64,000 bases of DNA, taken from positions 806,001-870,000 of the forward strand of contig JAYWIR010000054.1 of assembly GCA_036172245.1 (NCBI GenBank), read 5' to 3'. The DNA comes from Raillietiella orientalis (lineage: Eukaryota). This document shows, in pieces, positions 26,901 through 40,400 of this stretch. Within the stretch, counting starts at the first letter, position 1, and each line of letters opens with the position of its first letter. Below the pieces are notes generated by a model. That model saw only the letters and a program-made list of their open reading frames with translations, ran no database searches and was not told where the DNA came from. The position numbers were made by a program, and so were the translations under genes.

Positions 26901-27644
26901 CTCACTCTGGGAAGAACAAGGAGACGAATAACTGCGTGGGTAAGCTTCTAGTTTCCAGCTAGGAATAATCAGATCCTCGGCTATTACTTGACCCAGGATG
27001 GGAAGTACGTAAGTAGTTGTCGCTGATGAGAAAGCAGATGAAAGCACAGTGCAGAACAACACAGCCTTTCCATGATTAGGATATTCTTTCTATCAGGCGT
27101 TCGCACAGGCAAACGTAAAAAAAATTGCTCCGTTCTTGGCCGTCGCGAGCATCGAGAGGGAACTTACGACTTATGACGCCATCGAAAACCCAAATTGGTC
27201 TAACCTCTCGGTTCCATCTCTGTGCATGAACCAAATAGGCGTAAATAACTCTCGTTAGGTACAGAACGCGAGAACCCTAGAAATTGAGCTTCCCTATCCG
27301 GGACGCTTGCACCATCCGGTGGAAAGAGAAACATTGTTTTCATCTGAAGCCCATTTTTTCAAGCCAGAGCTCTGCGGTGTCTCGCGAACAACTTCCGTAA
27401 GCCAAAAGAACCTGCATTTTCCGGGAGCAGGTTTATATTTATTTCGAGTGCAGCCTTCCATGAATCCAGCATTTTCTGGTTTCGATGACTCCTAAACTGA
27501 GCTCCTTTAAGCAAGGAAATGACGGATCCTTTGGCTCGATTGAGCTTTTCCCTTTGCCATATAGGCTCGTATTAAAGAAACCAATTCATGCGAGACCGTC
27601 GCCCAGGACGACAGTTTTCCAGCTGTCGCATTACCCTTTTCTAA

Positions 27645-28827
27645 CTGGAATCCCATGATTCTGGCAAGCCTGCGGCCTGCACTCGCATCCAGTCTTCAAG
27701 TCTGCAAGCAGTCGCTTCCTCTCACAGCGGGCGTTCTCAAGCGGGCACAGGCGCGTTTCCAAGGCGGTCACTGCGGATTAACCAAAAAGCAGCAGTCCCG
27801 ATGATGCGGACGGGCCAAAGACAGGAACAGCTTGAACACATTTCTCCAGCCAACAGGGTTGCTAGAACGACCACCAACGCCTTGGATTGTTTCCTAAAAG
27901 ATCGGACCACCCAAAAAAGCAACGGAAGAACATCCGCACGTCCACGGACTGGGACGACGTTCTGAGCTCCTCCTCCATCCGAGAGAAGGCGGCAGCTCAC
28001 TCACACACACCACGTTGGCAGTTCTCCACATCATTGGACAGATGGGACTCCTTTCGAGAGCTCCACGGTCAACCCCGTCAGGCCATCGAGCAGTAACTCC
28101 GGTCATCCTTCTCACAGGGAAGAAACGTCCACTTCCGGAAAGGACAAGGGAAGCAAATTCCAGCTGCACCAGCAGAGAACAGCAGCAGAGAACAGCAGCA
28201 GAGAACTCAAGGGACTTCGGGAAGCTGCCAGTCAAGTCTCTGGAAGTTCCGACGTGACGACGACGCGAGCGGGCACGTCCGCATTCCCAAGTCGGAATGG
28301 CAAGACGCTGATTTCGTTTCGCGGCAAAAGACGCTGGACCGACCGACGTGGGCGAGCGTCAAGCCAGTGCGGTGCTTTTCTCTCAAAACAGAGGAACCCA
28401 CCAAGCGATGCTGTGCGGGTAAGACGTCGTCGCACACGCCACGCCAACGGCATCGCGCTCCGCGTCCTCCCGAGACGTGGCACACATGCAGCGGACAAGA
28501 TGTCCCAAAGGTACAGCGAACCTAGGAGGCATCCATCGCGTTGTCCGGTTCATTGAATCAGCAGCAGCCCTCCCTGCCGTCGCCTCGAGGCACGACGATA
28601 CGGGCACGCCTCCAGAGCTGGAGGTGTCCGACCAGCCCGTCAGTTGGATGGATTCGAAGCAGCGGCCCGACCGTGCGCAAGGAGGAGGCGGACGTTCCTT
28701 TTGGGCGCCGCCTGGTCTCCCGAGGAACGGGTCTTCGTGCAGAGAGAGGACTGCCGCCTTGCTTTCTTTCCAGAACAGGGTGCTTGCGTCGGAGGGTCCG
28801 GTTGTCACCGTACCCACCGACGCAAGC
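27645..28827 (+). repeat. Segmental repeat copy B; inverted-repeat partner of 32414-33596
   Basis: Near-identical to rc 32414-33596, including an extra agaacagcagcag unit that copy A lacks. Confidence 0.92.
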
Positions 28828-29289
28828 CGCGCGTGCGATAGGGTGGATGGATACGCTGCAGAGATAATTTGCAGCCTCTCTTCGTCAGCTGTTGATTCCA
28901 TCCACGCTTGTCGATCAACGGTTCTTGTGTGCAGCGAACGAATCGTTTATTATGCTTCAAGCTTACGGCGAATGCTTGCGGAGACGGACACATGTGAATC
29001 GTAATTTTGCTGAAAGAAGAATCGGAAGAAAAAAATTGAAAGAAATGAAAGAAGAGAAAATCGATCTCTTTTGGTTGAGCAAAATCCGATGCGATCTCGT
29101 TTGTTTGCTCGAAGGTTTTTTCCTCTTTGCAATGGATACTTATGGATGCAGCTGTTGGATCTGACGGTGGTCTAGAGAAAACTGGTAAAGGACGAACAAA
29201 GGTGAAAAATGAGGCCAAGCAGTTGAAGCTGTTCTGAGTTCAAAGGGCATGGTAAAACTGGCAAAATTGGAGACTGGTTATAGAGGGGA

Positions 29290-29620
29290 GCAAGACGATA
29301 GCAACCAAATAGGTTCAAATCCGTTAAGGGACCTGCAAACTGTTGTGAAGACTGTTCCCGGAGATGGGCAGTGTTCTAGAGTCTATTCTGGCTTTCATAG
29401 GCAGTAGGAGGACTGTAGGGCGCCGGCTAGTTTTCCATGTTCCGGTGACGTCATGTGCAGTCTGAGGTTCGAGTTTGGCCAGAGCGTTCTTCAGTGCGGA
29501 TCTTGGCAGTAACAGCCTGGCGAGATCCTGGGGGTGTAATGTGAAGGTGAGTCTCATGAGAACAGCTTCTGGACATGCTGTGGTCCGTCTGAGGTCTCCG
29601 TAGAATCTCAGCCCTAATTC
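29290..29620 (-). mobile_element. Non-LTR RT N-terminal relic
   Basis: FYGDL...LKNALAKL...TWKTS..VLLLPMK..D.R.LPIS, resembling RT domains 0-1. Confidence 0.45.
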
Positions 29621-31320
29621 TCCTTCGATATATTTATTTGATCTTGAATGTCATATGAGACAGGTGTGTTCTCAGTGCATATTCAATATGAGCATGGGAG
29701 AGATGCATAAAGGCTAGCAATGAACATGGAAAATCTTTTTTCAGAAGAATCAGAGCTTTCACTCATAGACAGCTCGCTGAGAGCATCGTCAGGGGTTCAG
29801 AGGCTTTTCAGACTGATGGATTATTCACAATCTTTCCGATATTTATGACTTACGCAAAGGTCTTCTAAGATTGTGTCCAGCTCCATCTATGCGCCCAGCT
29901 GCTTAATCCCTCGAAGCAAGAGGATTTGGGTCATTTTCATTATTTTAGGTCATCAAGTTCTGTTTGTCCGCTCCGCGGTTTGCTGCACACTTTTGCTTGA
30001 TTGTGTTGATGGTACATCGTTGGCGCGGTATATTGGATGGCGCATCACCCAGAATGCATGCAACATTTACAGTATGTTGACATTATCGTTAGCCAATTTA
30101 ATCACCCTACTATTTGAGAAAACGGGAGCGAGATACTGCAATTGAAATGATATTCCAGGCTATTGTATAATTCAGGTGGCACCTACGGAAAAGAATTTTT
30201 TATGTATGAATGGGTTGATCTTCGATAATTAACTTCTATGCACACATCCATGCTTCCGAATGCATGCACGGAGAGGAAAAGCATCACGGAAGGGGACTTC
30301 GATTTCCGGAGCGTGCATAACAGGCAGCTTCATGTCGGTTCAAGGATGAAGAAATACAAAAAACCAGAGGAGCAGGAGGCCAACAAAAAATTCTTTTTTC
30401 AATGCTCGACGGTCGGTCATTGAACTCGCAGATGTTTCGCAGATCGCGGCTTTAATCTGTGCCAAGAGTTCGGCGAATTTTCGTCCCCGCTCTAAGAGCT
30501 TCGAGACGAACTGCTGCATCCGTCTTTACTGAGACTTGTAGTTTCCTTTTTCTGGAAGACCCTTCCTCCAACTCCTTCTTGTAGTGCATTCGAGTCGTCT
30601 ACCTTGGTTTCAGTTCATCGATTCAAACAGAGCATTTTTTTCTATTGATAAGTTGTCCAGTGTTTTCTTTACTGCTTCTTTACTTGTATGCCTGCGGTGC
30701 TTCCAGCTGCCACTATCAAGTCACGATTGCCAGACCTGGTAATAAACTTCTTTACAGGTTCGAGCGCTCTTGAAAGCTTCCTTTTTGCAAGCTGCAAGAG
30801 GTGCTATGCAAACCGCCGGCTAGAGTCGGACTTCTGTTGGTTCACTCGCGCCCATCTACTCTAATCGTGAGCCCTTGTTTGGGTCGCATCCTCCCAGTGA
30901 TTCAACAAAAACCGCTAAAAGCATATAATGCCCAATGTAAGAGGATCTGCAAGAGCCTTCTTTTAAAAGCATGACGCAAGCTGCACGCGATGTTCTCTGG
31001 AGAAGAAGCAGGTTGGTTCGGAATCCCTATCTGGTTCGCCTCGTGAAATCTGTGCAGCTCCAGTCGTCTTTAACGATAAGTGCTGAAGCCATTAATGAAT
31101 TGCTCTCATGATCTCCTCAACAGCTCGTATCAAAAACTCTAAAAGTTAGGGGCTTCGTTGAGAAGCGCGAATTTCGCCCCGGTGGCCGCTAGTGTCCCCG
31201 GTTCTTCAGCCCCCACTGCTGATCAAGTGCAAGAATTCACAGTCCACGCGGAGACGAAAACCATCGGTGGAATAACCGCCGTAAGTTCTACGAAATGCGT
31301 CCGTCAGGCCTGCTGTGGAA

Positions 31321-31342
31321 ACACACACACACACACATACAC
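31321..31342. repeat. (AC)n microsatellite
   Basis: acacacacacacacacatacac read directly from the sequence. Confidence 0.9.
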
Positions 31343-31800
31343 TTTCTGAGAAGAACCCATCCGTTAGACTCAGCGGCCTGCTACCCTTCTTCTTTTGCTG
31401 ATTAACATTCCCTAGGCGCATCGAGCTCGAATTTGAAATTCTGACGCACAAAAGTTAGCACCACTGCAACGAAATTCGACCCCTCGTGAGATTAAGTTTT
31501 AAGAGGATTAAGGTTTCGCAAGCCTTGCTCGAGTCTCCTCTCGGATTAAAACTCATAAACAGCACTTCGCCGAGAATCGCCAGTCTTCTGCAAAAGAAGG
31601 CACATCACCGACGAACAAACTTCCCGCGCGCCTATGCAGCACCCACGCATCCAAGCATGCTCCGGTGGACTTTGAAACTATCATGGAATTTTATCAAATC
31701 TCATGTGAATTCCTGCATTCATTTTACAAAACTAGGCGCGAGATGAGCCCGAAAAGTATGACTGACAACCATGAAACGCCTTTTGCAGCGGTGGCTGCTG

Positions 31801-33790
31801 AAAAATGAACGGCAGCAGCGGCTGCCCCTCCCACTCCAATTCAGGATGGCTCCAACATTTTGAACCAGGAGTTCTGAGCATGGGAAACTGCCTGTCGGTG
31901 AATCCGTTCGTAGAGAAAACGGAGATATACAGAATGACAGCTATTCTGGAAAAGGGAATAAGTTTCCCTGGAAACGCAAACGTCAGAGATCCAATGAGGA
32001 ACCCAAGCGGTTGGCCCCGGGAGGCACGCATGAAAGGCCGAGCGGCCAGAGAAACGGAAAATGAAGTGTCTTCTTGATTGATGTCATTCAGGCATTGAAC
32101 CGGGGGAAGAGAAATCCCAGACGGGGTTCTCCTCTTCGCTGACCACCTTGATCTTCGTTTTCGGCAGTGCTCTCCAGCATCGACGCATCGGCGCTGACAC
32201 GGTCCTCGATCTCCCGTACCTATTCTGGAATCCAGCACGTTGCATTATGAAACCAAGACTCCATCTGGCCCTCAGAATTCGGGCTGCAGCCCTCTCGGTG
32301 ATGACTCCAGCCACCATCGCCGTTGCGGTGCCGGATGTTGATGCACACCACCATCTCCTTGATGAGGTGCGTATCCGGGAGATCCGCTTTCAGCTTCTTT
32401 CCCAGGACGCACCGCTTGCGTAGGTGGGTACGGTGACAACCGGATCCTCCGACGCAAGCACCCTGTTCTGGAAAGAAAGCAAGGCGGCAGTCCTCTCTCT
32501 GCACGGAGACCCGTTCCTCGGGAGACCAGCCGGCGCCCAAAAGGAACGTCCGCCTCCTCCTTGCGCACGGTCGGGCCGCTGCTTCGAATCCATTCAACTG
32601 ACGGGCTGGTCGGACACCTCCAGCTCTGGAGGCGTGCCCGTATCGTCGTGCCTCGAGGCGACGGCAGGGAGGGCTGCTGCTGATTCAATGAACCGGACAA
32701 CGCGATGGATGCCTCCTAGGTTCGCTGTACCTTTGGGACATCTTGTCCGCTGCATGTGTGCCACGTCTCGGGAGGACGCGGAGCGCGATGCCGTTGGCGT
32801 GGCGTGTGCGACGACGTCTTACCCGCACAGCATCGCTTGGTGGGTTCCTCTGTTTTGAGAGAAAAGCACCGCACTGGCTTGACGCTCGCCCACGTCGGTC
32901 GGTCCAGCGTCTTTTGCCGCGAAACGAAATCAGCGTCTTGCCATTCCGACTTGGGAATGCGGACGTGCCCGCTCGCGTCGTCGTCACGTCGGAACTTCCA
33001 GAGACTTGACTGGCAGCTTCCCGAAGTCCCTTGAGTTCTCTGCTGCTGTTCTCTGCTGCTGTTCTCTGCTGGTGCAGCTGGAATTTGCTTCCCTTGTCCT
33101 TTCCGGAAGTGGACGTTTCTTCCCTGTGAGAAGGATGACCGGAGTTACTGCTCGATGGCCTGACGGGGTTGACCGTGGAGCTCTCGAAAGGAGTCCCATC
33201 TGTCCAATGATGTGGAAAACTGCCAACGTGGTGTGTGTGAGTGAGCTGCCGCCTTCTCTCGGATGGAGGAGGAGCTCAGAACGTCGTCCCAGTCCGTGGA
33301 CGTGCGGATGTTCTTCCGTTGCTTTTTTGGGTGGTCCGATCTTTTAGGAAACAATCCAAGGCGTTGGTGGTCGTTCTAGCAACCCTGTTGGCTGGAGAAA
33401 TGTGTTCAAGCTGTTCCTGTCTTTGGCCCGTCCGCATCATCGGGACTGCTGCTTTTTGGTTACTCCGCAGTGACCGCCTTGGAAACGCGCCTGTGCCCGC
33501 TTGAGAACGCCCGCTGTGAGAGGAAGTGACTGCTTGCAGACTTGAAGACTGGATGTGAGTGCAGGCCGCAGGCTTGCCAGAATCATGGGATTCCAGGAAG
33601 AAAGGGGTGCCACTGTAACTGAGTAGCGGTCTGCTGTGTGGAGAACTGCTGCAGAAATTGATGGCGTCCTTTGACACCGAGCTGAGTGAGGGCATTCAAT
33701 CGATTCTTAGCCTGAGTCACCCACCTGAGAAAGCGCTCTTCATAGCATAAAGAATGGCCAACCGTTTGCTCTGCACAATGCTTAACACGT
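31801..33790 (-). mobile_element. Longest copy (C) of the dead RNase H-bearing LINE segment (I/R1/Loa-like); 31801-33596 is duplicated elsewhere in the window
   Basis: The 5' part, unique to this copy, gives QAKNRLNALTQLG and RPLLSYS (thumb motifs), followed by GTGAFP...AAVP and the RNase H-like motifs shared with copies A and B. Confidence 0.7.
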
Positions 33791-34117
33791 ACGGCCGATG
33801 TCAAGAAATAAAGAAGGGATTAATTCTGTGGGTTTGCCTAGGCGTCTTGCAGAATCCTGTCCGACTCGCAGCATCTGCGCCGTGTTTGTTTTTGGAGTAG
33901 TTTGTCTTTTGCAATCTGCTGCCGTGGAATGTTCACGAGAAGCACTTGTATGGTTATTTACCGTGTGACAAGCAAACGCCCTTCAGGCGCCACCAGTCTG
34001 GAGACCACAAGAGGTTCGGAGGGTCCCATCCCGGAATTCTCGTCATTTTTTGCGATTAAACCCAACGTTCGTTGGTGTTGCTTACTCTAGCGGCGCTGCT
34101 GGATAGCTCCCGAGCGA

Positions 34118-34965
34118 TGGGTCGCTCTCTGGCGCCAGAAGTACTGCGTAGTCCTGCCTTTGCACCTTGCGCTACACACACGCAACTCAGCTGAATGAGG
34201 AGATCCGTCCTTCCCTGGGGCAGCGGAGCAGCAAGAGGCTGACTCGCCCACCGTGTGCGGCGAGCATTTTCTCAGGAGGGAAGGCTGGTGGAATATCTCG
34301 CTGCAGAGCCCAGCTGAATAGAACCTGAGGTGAAAAACAAGGCTCGAGCGCTGCCAAGGGTGACCGGCCGGTGCTCATTCGATCCCTCCATTGCCGCCGC
34401 GCCAACTTTCCCGCTCATCCACGCTGACCCGCGATCCCTGCCTCGAAAATGGAAGATGCCGCTTGCAGAGCCACCAGCATCCGTGAAGCGACGATCCAAA
34501 AGGAATGCTTTGCCAATTACGACTGCGGCAGGCAGGAACCCGCTCCTCTGCAATCTCAAAATCTCCTCCATCTTGAAGGGCAGCATCAAAGGATTTTAAT
34601 GACTCATTTTGGCGTACTCAAAGGATCAGGAGGAGCATACTTTGATAATATCTGGAATCCACATCTTCCGGTCTTTTCTGGACGTCACTTTGGTCGAATG
34701 GCCTCATGAGACCGGCAAGAAGAGGAGCAAAAAGCTATGTGCATGCAGACAGGCGACATGAATGTGCATACACGTGCAGATATACGCATGCAAAATGTAC
34801 GTGTTTACGTACATATTTTGTATACGTCTTTGTATCTATGCTTGTTTATCCACATGTCCATCCGTATATCCATATACAAACGTAGATACGTACACACACT
34901 GGTATCTGCTCACATGTACACGTGTGCAAATACGTACATACCTTATGAATGTATACGTACTTGTA
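34118..34965 (+). mobile_element. Possible THAP-domain DNA-transposon relic followed by an RY-alternating tract (34736-34960)
   Basis: One frame reads RQKYCVVLPLHL...*...SPTVCGEHFLR (THAP-like C...CxxHF). It has an internal stop and lacks the second Cys in frame. Confidence 0.35.
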
Positions 34966-35367
34966 ATTTCCTGAATTCGTATCACTGTGGGATAAATTCA
35001 TTTTCTTTTAACGTTTGCAAAAATCAAACGACAAAGAAGTATAGCACGAACGCGTTTTTCGGTGTAATCCTTTTGTCTTTGTCTTTCGTGTATTTTCCAC
35101 CGGGCGAGGATTTATTGCGGTATGCGAGGAAGTGGAAAATCGGGGAGGAGGAGAGAAACAAGGCTCCAGAAAGGATAGATCAAGCAGCATATGGCACTTT
35201 GTCCCTGTCTGACGGTTCCGACGTTACTTGTTGTTCAGCTTGCTGGATCTCTCGCAGGATGTAGCTGGTGCGCAAAGCTGGCACCCTTTCTCAGTCTCCT
35301 ATTCCTCTCCAGACGTTCACCTGCACTTCTCATTGAAGTTTGGTCCTCTTGATAAGGACCTTCCTCA

Positions 35368-35607
35368 CAAAAATGAACAAAACGATCCTCAGTGTGGGGA
35401 TTCACTATGAGACGACTCCTTGTCCTCGAAGGATGTCGATTCCAAGCTGTGCTGGTAACTTCATTGCCTTGATCAGTACAGTCTCAGAAGACAGTATTGC
35501 AGGTAAGGATGAAATTTTTAAAGGATGAAAATCCTTCGAGATCCTTCGAGGACAAGCAGTGTCGCATAGTGAATCCCCACACTGAGGACCGTTTAGTTCA
35601 TTTTCTG
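35368..35607. mobile_element. MITE-like element with ~68-bp terminal inverted repeats
   Basis: 35370-35439 aaaatgaacaaaacgatcctcagtgtggggattcactatgagacgactccttgtcctcgaaggat pairs with rc of 35536-35604 with few mismatches. No ORF and no clear TSD. Confidence 0.75.
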
Positions 35608-35799
35608 GCAGAGGGCTGGAAGGCTTCCATCGCTAGTGCTGAGGCCCGGCAATCTAAGTCTTCGTGACAGATCAGAAAAGTGTCCGTGTTCAGATTGTTC
35701 CTCTTCACGGATCTCCTTCTTTCCCGCTTCTGCTGAGGTGCCGGCACGCTGAGAGGCAGGGTTGTGGCCAGTGGTCCTCCAAGTGTTCTCGTTTATGTG

Positions 35800-37960
35800 G
35801 TTCTCTGTTGCTGAACACGTTCGGGAAGACACGGACGACGTGCTCGAGTTGATCCCAGTCCTCCACGCTCTAGGAAAGTGTTCGTGGCGTGGAAGGTGTT
35901 CACCACGCGTTGGCAGGGTGGGTTGTGCGCTAGGACCGGTCGGTGATCATGCAGATGAGAACCACCTTAGGCTCCTTACACTCCCTCCTAGAATTTCTTG
36001 CTAGCATGTGGAGCTACAACAGGGCAGTGGTCGAAGATGCTGGGTGGAAGCTCCCGAAGTCCCCGGATATGGGTCGCGGCGAACTGAGAGTGCAGGCCGA
36101 AGTCGATGGACGTGGAGCTCATCCTTGTCCAAGCCAGTCAACGGTAGACGTTGATCCGCCGGCTCACCTCTGTAACGCTGCAGATCAGGATTAGCGCTCA
36201 GTCGCCGGTCAGCAGGGTGACATCCTTTGGTGCTGCCTTGCTTTTCAGAAGAGTTGCCGGGACCAGCACTTCTACCTGCATGGTCCACACACATCCGCCG
36301 CTAAAACTCTACTCTGAGGCCCAGGATGCAGTCTGTCTGACCGTGAGGTAATTCCAGGACAGTCAGTGGAAAACGTGGTCTCCACAACTGCAACCATCCG
36401 CCCTGGTTCACGCAGATCCCTCTCCGCCTGCAGGTGGCGGACCAGCTCTTGTTCCGAGCTCTGAGGCGGCTGACAGCCTCTTGTCGCAGCTGTCATGCCG
36501 GTCTCCTCGGTGGCAGCCAGCGTTCCCGTTCAGCAGCTCCGTGTCCGTTAGTGTTCCAGCACGCAGCCTCAACATTCTCTACCGACGACAGGAACCGGGC
36601 CCACTGCGCCAGCTCGCTTTTCTTCTTCAGGGACGCTGTGAAGATGAAGCTTGCGCGCCACGGTTGTTGTCCTCCCATCCGCGGGGCTCTCGTCTGGTTT
36701 CTCCCCAGCGTCGTGGTGAAGGCATGGGTCGTCTGGCGTGGAGCAGCCCACTGGGCTGCTTTTGCTTTCCATGGCGAAAGAGTTGGCGCTGTGGTCGGTA
36801 GTGGTGGTGATGGTAGCGGCCGGTTTTGTTTCTTTCCTTTTCTGGCCTGCAGTGGACGACACGACTGGTTTAAAATGGCCGCGTGGATTTTCGTTCCGAG
36901 GGCACTTCTCGTCGAAGAGGGATGGCCTGTTCCCTCGTCTCCCTGACAGGGTGCTCGCGTGGAGGGTGGGCGTTCCCTTTTCGCTTTCGTGACGTGCGCG
37001 CCCTCCGCTTGGGTTTCCTGTTGTTTTCTAAGATGGAACGCCTGTTCCATCGTCTTCTCAGCTTTATTCGTTCGCGCTGCCTAGTTCAGGTGCTCTTGGC
37101 AGCGGTGCTCGCCGTGTTCTTGGGTGACTAGAGGCAGGAAATTGTTAGCACCGTTTCCCTGGCCTATTTCGATCGAAAAGGCCTCGCTGTGGGAACCGCG
37201 TTTGGACCAAGGTGGAGGTAGGATCCGTGTTAACGGTGTAGCTAGAAAGAGGTCTCTGGGAGTGGAGTTACTCCTCGTGCTTGTCTTGATCTCTGCTCCC
37301 GTGGTCTTCTACGAGTGGCAGCGTTTCAGCTTTCCGCACTTCCAGCATCTGCCGCTGGGACGCGCCGCCATCCGAACACCAGGCGCGAGCAGCATTAGTG
37401 CGGGCTGTTCCTTGCGTGTCACCTGCGCTTTTTCCAAATGCTTTTCTGGACGCACCAGGGTGTGATCCAAGTGCGCTTCCTCATGCGGATTCTTCATGAG
37501 GAGCCCGGCCTTCAGAGCATCCCTGGCGGCGCACCTTTCCTGGCGACGACTCCACCGTACAGAATGGAGAAGCTAGCCATAGTGCTCCTGTCAGCTGGTA
37601 CCTTGAGCTGGACAGGCGCATTGATGAACAGCCCGCTGCCGACGAGGTCGTCGACGACAGCTGCGCTGTCAGTTGGAACGGAGAATCGCCTGGAGAACGG
37701 TGGGATCGCTTTGATGCGTTCGAAATTCACCCTCACCTTGGATGGTTGCCTCCACCGTGTCGTAACCGGGATAACTGCCGGATTCGATTCCATGGTATGT
37801 GATGTAGCCGGGATGCAGGTCGGGCATCGCTTCCTAAGAGACGGCCTCCGGCAGAAGACGACAGTTTATTAAAGCCGGAGATGTTGGCCTCGCCGTCAGC
37901 CTCGTTCAAAGAGTTCTGCCGAAGGATGTGGCGTCGAGACGGAGCGTCTCTGCCAACCAC
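35800..37960 (-). mobile_element. L1/Tx1-like LINE 5' relic: ORF1 (gag-like, zinc knuckle) and AP endonuclease
   Basis: RCWKCGK..H at ~37320-37350. APE motifs in the correct order across frames: ACWNTNG ~36555, QLRQE, GRMVAV, DVCGP, LLTGD, WTR..TSIDF, FDHCPV ~36025. Confidence 0.75.
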
Positions 37961-39959
37961 GGCGCCTCTTGAAAAGGTCGACGGGAGGACGACCCATGAA
38001 CCGACATCGAGCGACCGGTGACAAGATGGAGGCTAGATGGGAGGAAGAATGGGACAAATGGACGCTACATGGAAATGAAAGCAGGCATTGGTGGTGACCC
38101 GAAAGATGGTATCTGCTCAGGACGAAACCAGAGGAAACTTTGGTGGAAATCCGTTGCGGCCCTCACGTACAGAAGTGGTCGCAAGAGCTGATTGTCGGGG
38201 AGCAAGACTGATCCGAGCATCTAGTAGCTGCTGGTTCCCTTCAAAGCTTCACTCAGCATAGCTGGCGCTCGCTGGAGCGGAAAAAGAACGGAGTCCGGTA
38301 AAGCGAATGATCTGAGACCTTGGAGCCTCAATGAACTCAATCTATTCTCAAACTTTACATGGGTGAGAAGTCCGGCTAGCCTGAAAGCTGAAGCGTCGAG
38401 TCTGCACCCAGCAGCATGGACAGAACCGTCCCTGCCTTCCGGACCCGTTTCGGTGGACGGCAGGTTTCTCAGGTTCCGGCGAGTAAGAGGGTCGCGACGG
38501 TGCGTACAGAAGACTTTGGGCGCGAGGTCGCCTGGAGCCGTCGTTGGCACAGATCTTGGTGGAAATAGCAAACACTCCAGTGGGATCCTGGAGGTGTCAT
38601 GTGGAATAAGGTTCTATGTGGACAGACTTCGAGGATAATTCAGTAGATCTTGAGTCCCCGGAAATTTTTCTGGACGCTCATCAGCGACGATTTGCAGCCA
38701 AAAAAGACCAGCGAACTTTGAGAAATCGCTATCGTGAGAAGTCCACGTCAGAGAATGGGATGCTGGAAGCGCACCAGAATAAGGGGCAACGAGCGCCTCA
38801 GATGAACGGAAGAGGAGACCTGGAAAAATAAGAAGAGCTCTTCCTACAATCTTATTTCAAGTTCATTCTCCAACAAACAAAATAGTGTCTCGAGGCTAAG
38901 CATTGAGGCAGGAAGAACTGGTAATGGTTATCTCGTATTTTATACCGGTTCTCCGAGAGACCAGGAAGTCTGGGTTTCAAAGGTCAGAAATAAGCATCCG
39001 ATACTGCGAACGGTTCTCTGCCAGTGGCAACGGCCACAAAATACGACCGGTCCGCTACATGCAAAGAACAAAGGGAAAATTCCACCTGCAAGATGCGAGA
39101 ACTTTGGGAACATCAGACATCCAATGCCAACATACAAGACATCACTAAGGAAATGCATCAAAAAGACGACGTCTTTGCCACGGCTGCCATCTGCTATGGA
39201 AACCGGATCTGGATCTGCAAGCAGTTGCAGCTACATTCTGGAGGAGTGACATACCACCGGACATTCAGGATGATCTCCTTTTGTTTTACTATGGAGGCAT
39301 CCTCAGTGGGAGCAAAACAAGACATTGGACCGGAAACTCCACTAATAAACTCTACAAGGCGTGTGTCAGCAGGGACAATCTGCTCCACATCCTCATTAGC
39401 CCGACGCTGCGCCAGGACTGAACCACGCTGAAGGCGGTAACCGCCCTGCAGAGGACCACCAAGTGAACGTTTTAGCGCGAGTGTACGATGGGGACGGAAA
39501 CGTTCCTAAGTAAAATGGGTCTTTCGTAAGATGAATCCCATAATTACGAGACACCATCGCCCTCTCCATCACGAATGTCATGATTAGATGAGAAAAACTG
39601 CAGAACACTGAAACTATGACACCGGCAACATCATCATGAGAGTCGTGATCCAGAGAGAAATACAGATAAGAAGCTGTAGCATCATTCCCGAATATGGCCA
39701 TACCACAGCACCTTGAAGAAGATAGCGGAAGCTGCCCAAGCGAGTGAATTGCCTTCCAGCTCTCAATGACGGACCTATCCAAGGAGAAACGACCCCGACT
39801 ATGACATTGAATGTGACAGCATCTCTGAAAAAGCACTGATCAGAGCACGAGATTAGTGAGATTGAGTGACTAAATAAGCATGACTTGATGAGACTGATGA
39901 TGTGATTGCACCGTTGTTACGTTAACGAATGCAATCCTTTGCTGGTGGGATAAAGGATG

Positions 39960-40400
39960 GAGGATCCCGAAAACAGGAAGCAAGGCACCAGAAGACGAGA
40001 GGAGCTCCAGCACCAGGGGGAAGTGCAGGATAAGTCCTGCTACCTGGAAGGCGGAATCGAATCGAACGAGCAAAAGTGAAACGCGGGCAGCCAAAATTTC
40101 TTCAGGGCAGGCAGTAGGCGGGCACTTATGCCATCGACCACCGACCAATTAAAAGTTATTAGCAGGTGGGCTCCTAGCATTAGTGGCTCTAATGAGTACT
40201 TGGAAGAAGAGACGGGCATCGCTGCTCGGAAGGAAACCACGAGAGTGTACGTACGTATATTGCACTTATACATATATATGTGTATAAAACACGTACATGC
40301 ATGTGTGTGCGCACATATAAATGTGTCCATACTTAACTATGCATACGTATACATAGTTTTCTCATGTACGCATGCGCACATGTGAATATGTGTTTTTACG
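39960..40400 (+). repeat. RY-alternating low-complexity tract (40245-40395) with weak THAP-like sequence upstream
   Basis: tacgtacgtatattgcac...gcatgcgcacatgtg. The opposite-strand peptide PEEILAARVSLLL resembles PEKMLAAHGGRVSLLL at ~34230-34275. Confidence 0.4.

Noticed and set aside
36493..36496. ATGA stop/start overlap suggesting ORF1-ORF2 translational coupling
   Set aside because: The APE WNTNG motif lies upstream of this TGA and QE follows it in the same frame, so the TGA is more likely a nonsense lesion.
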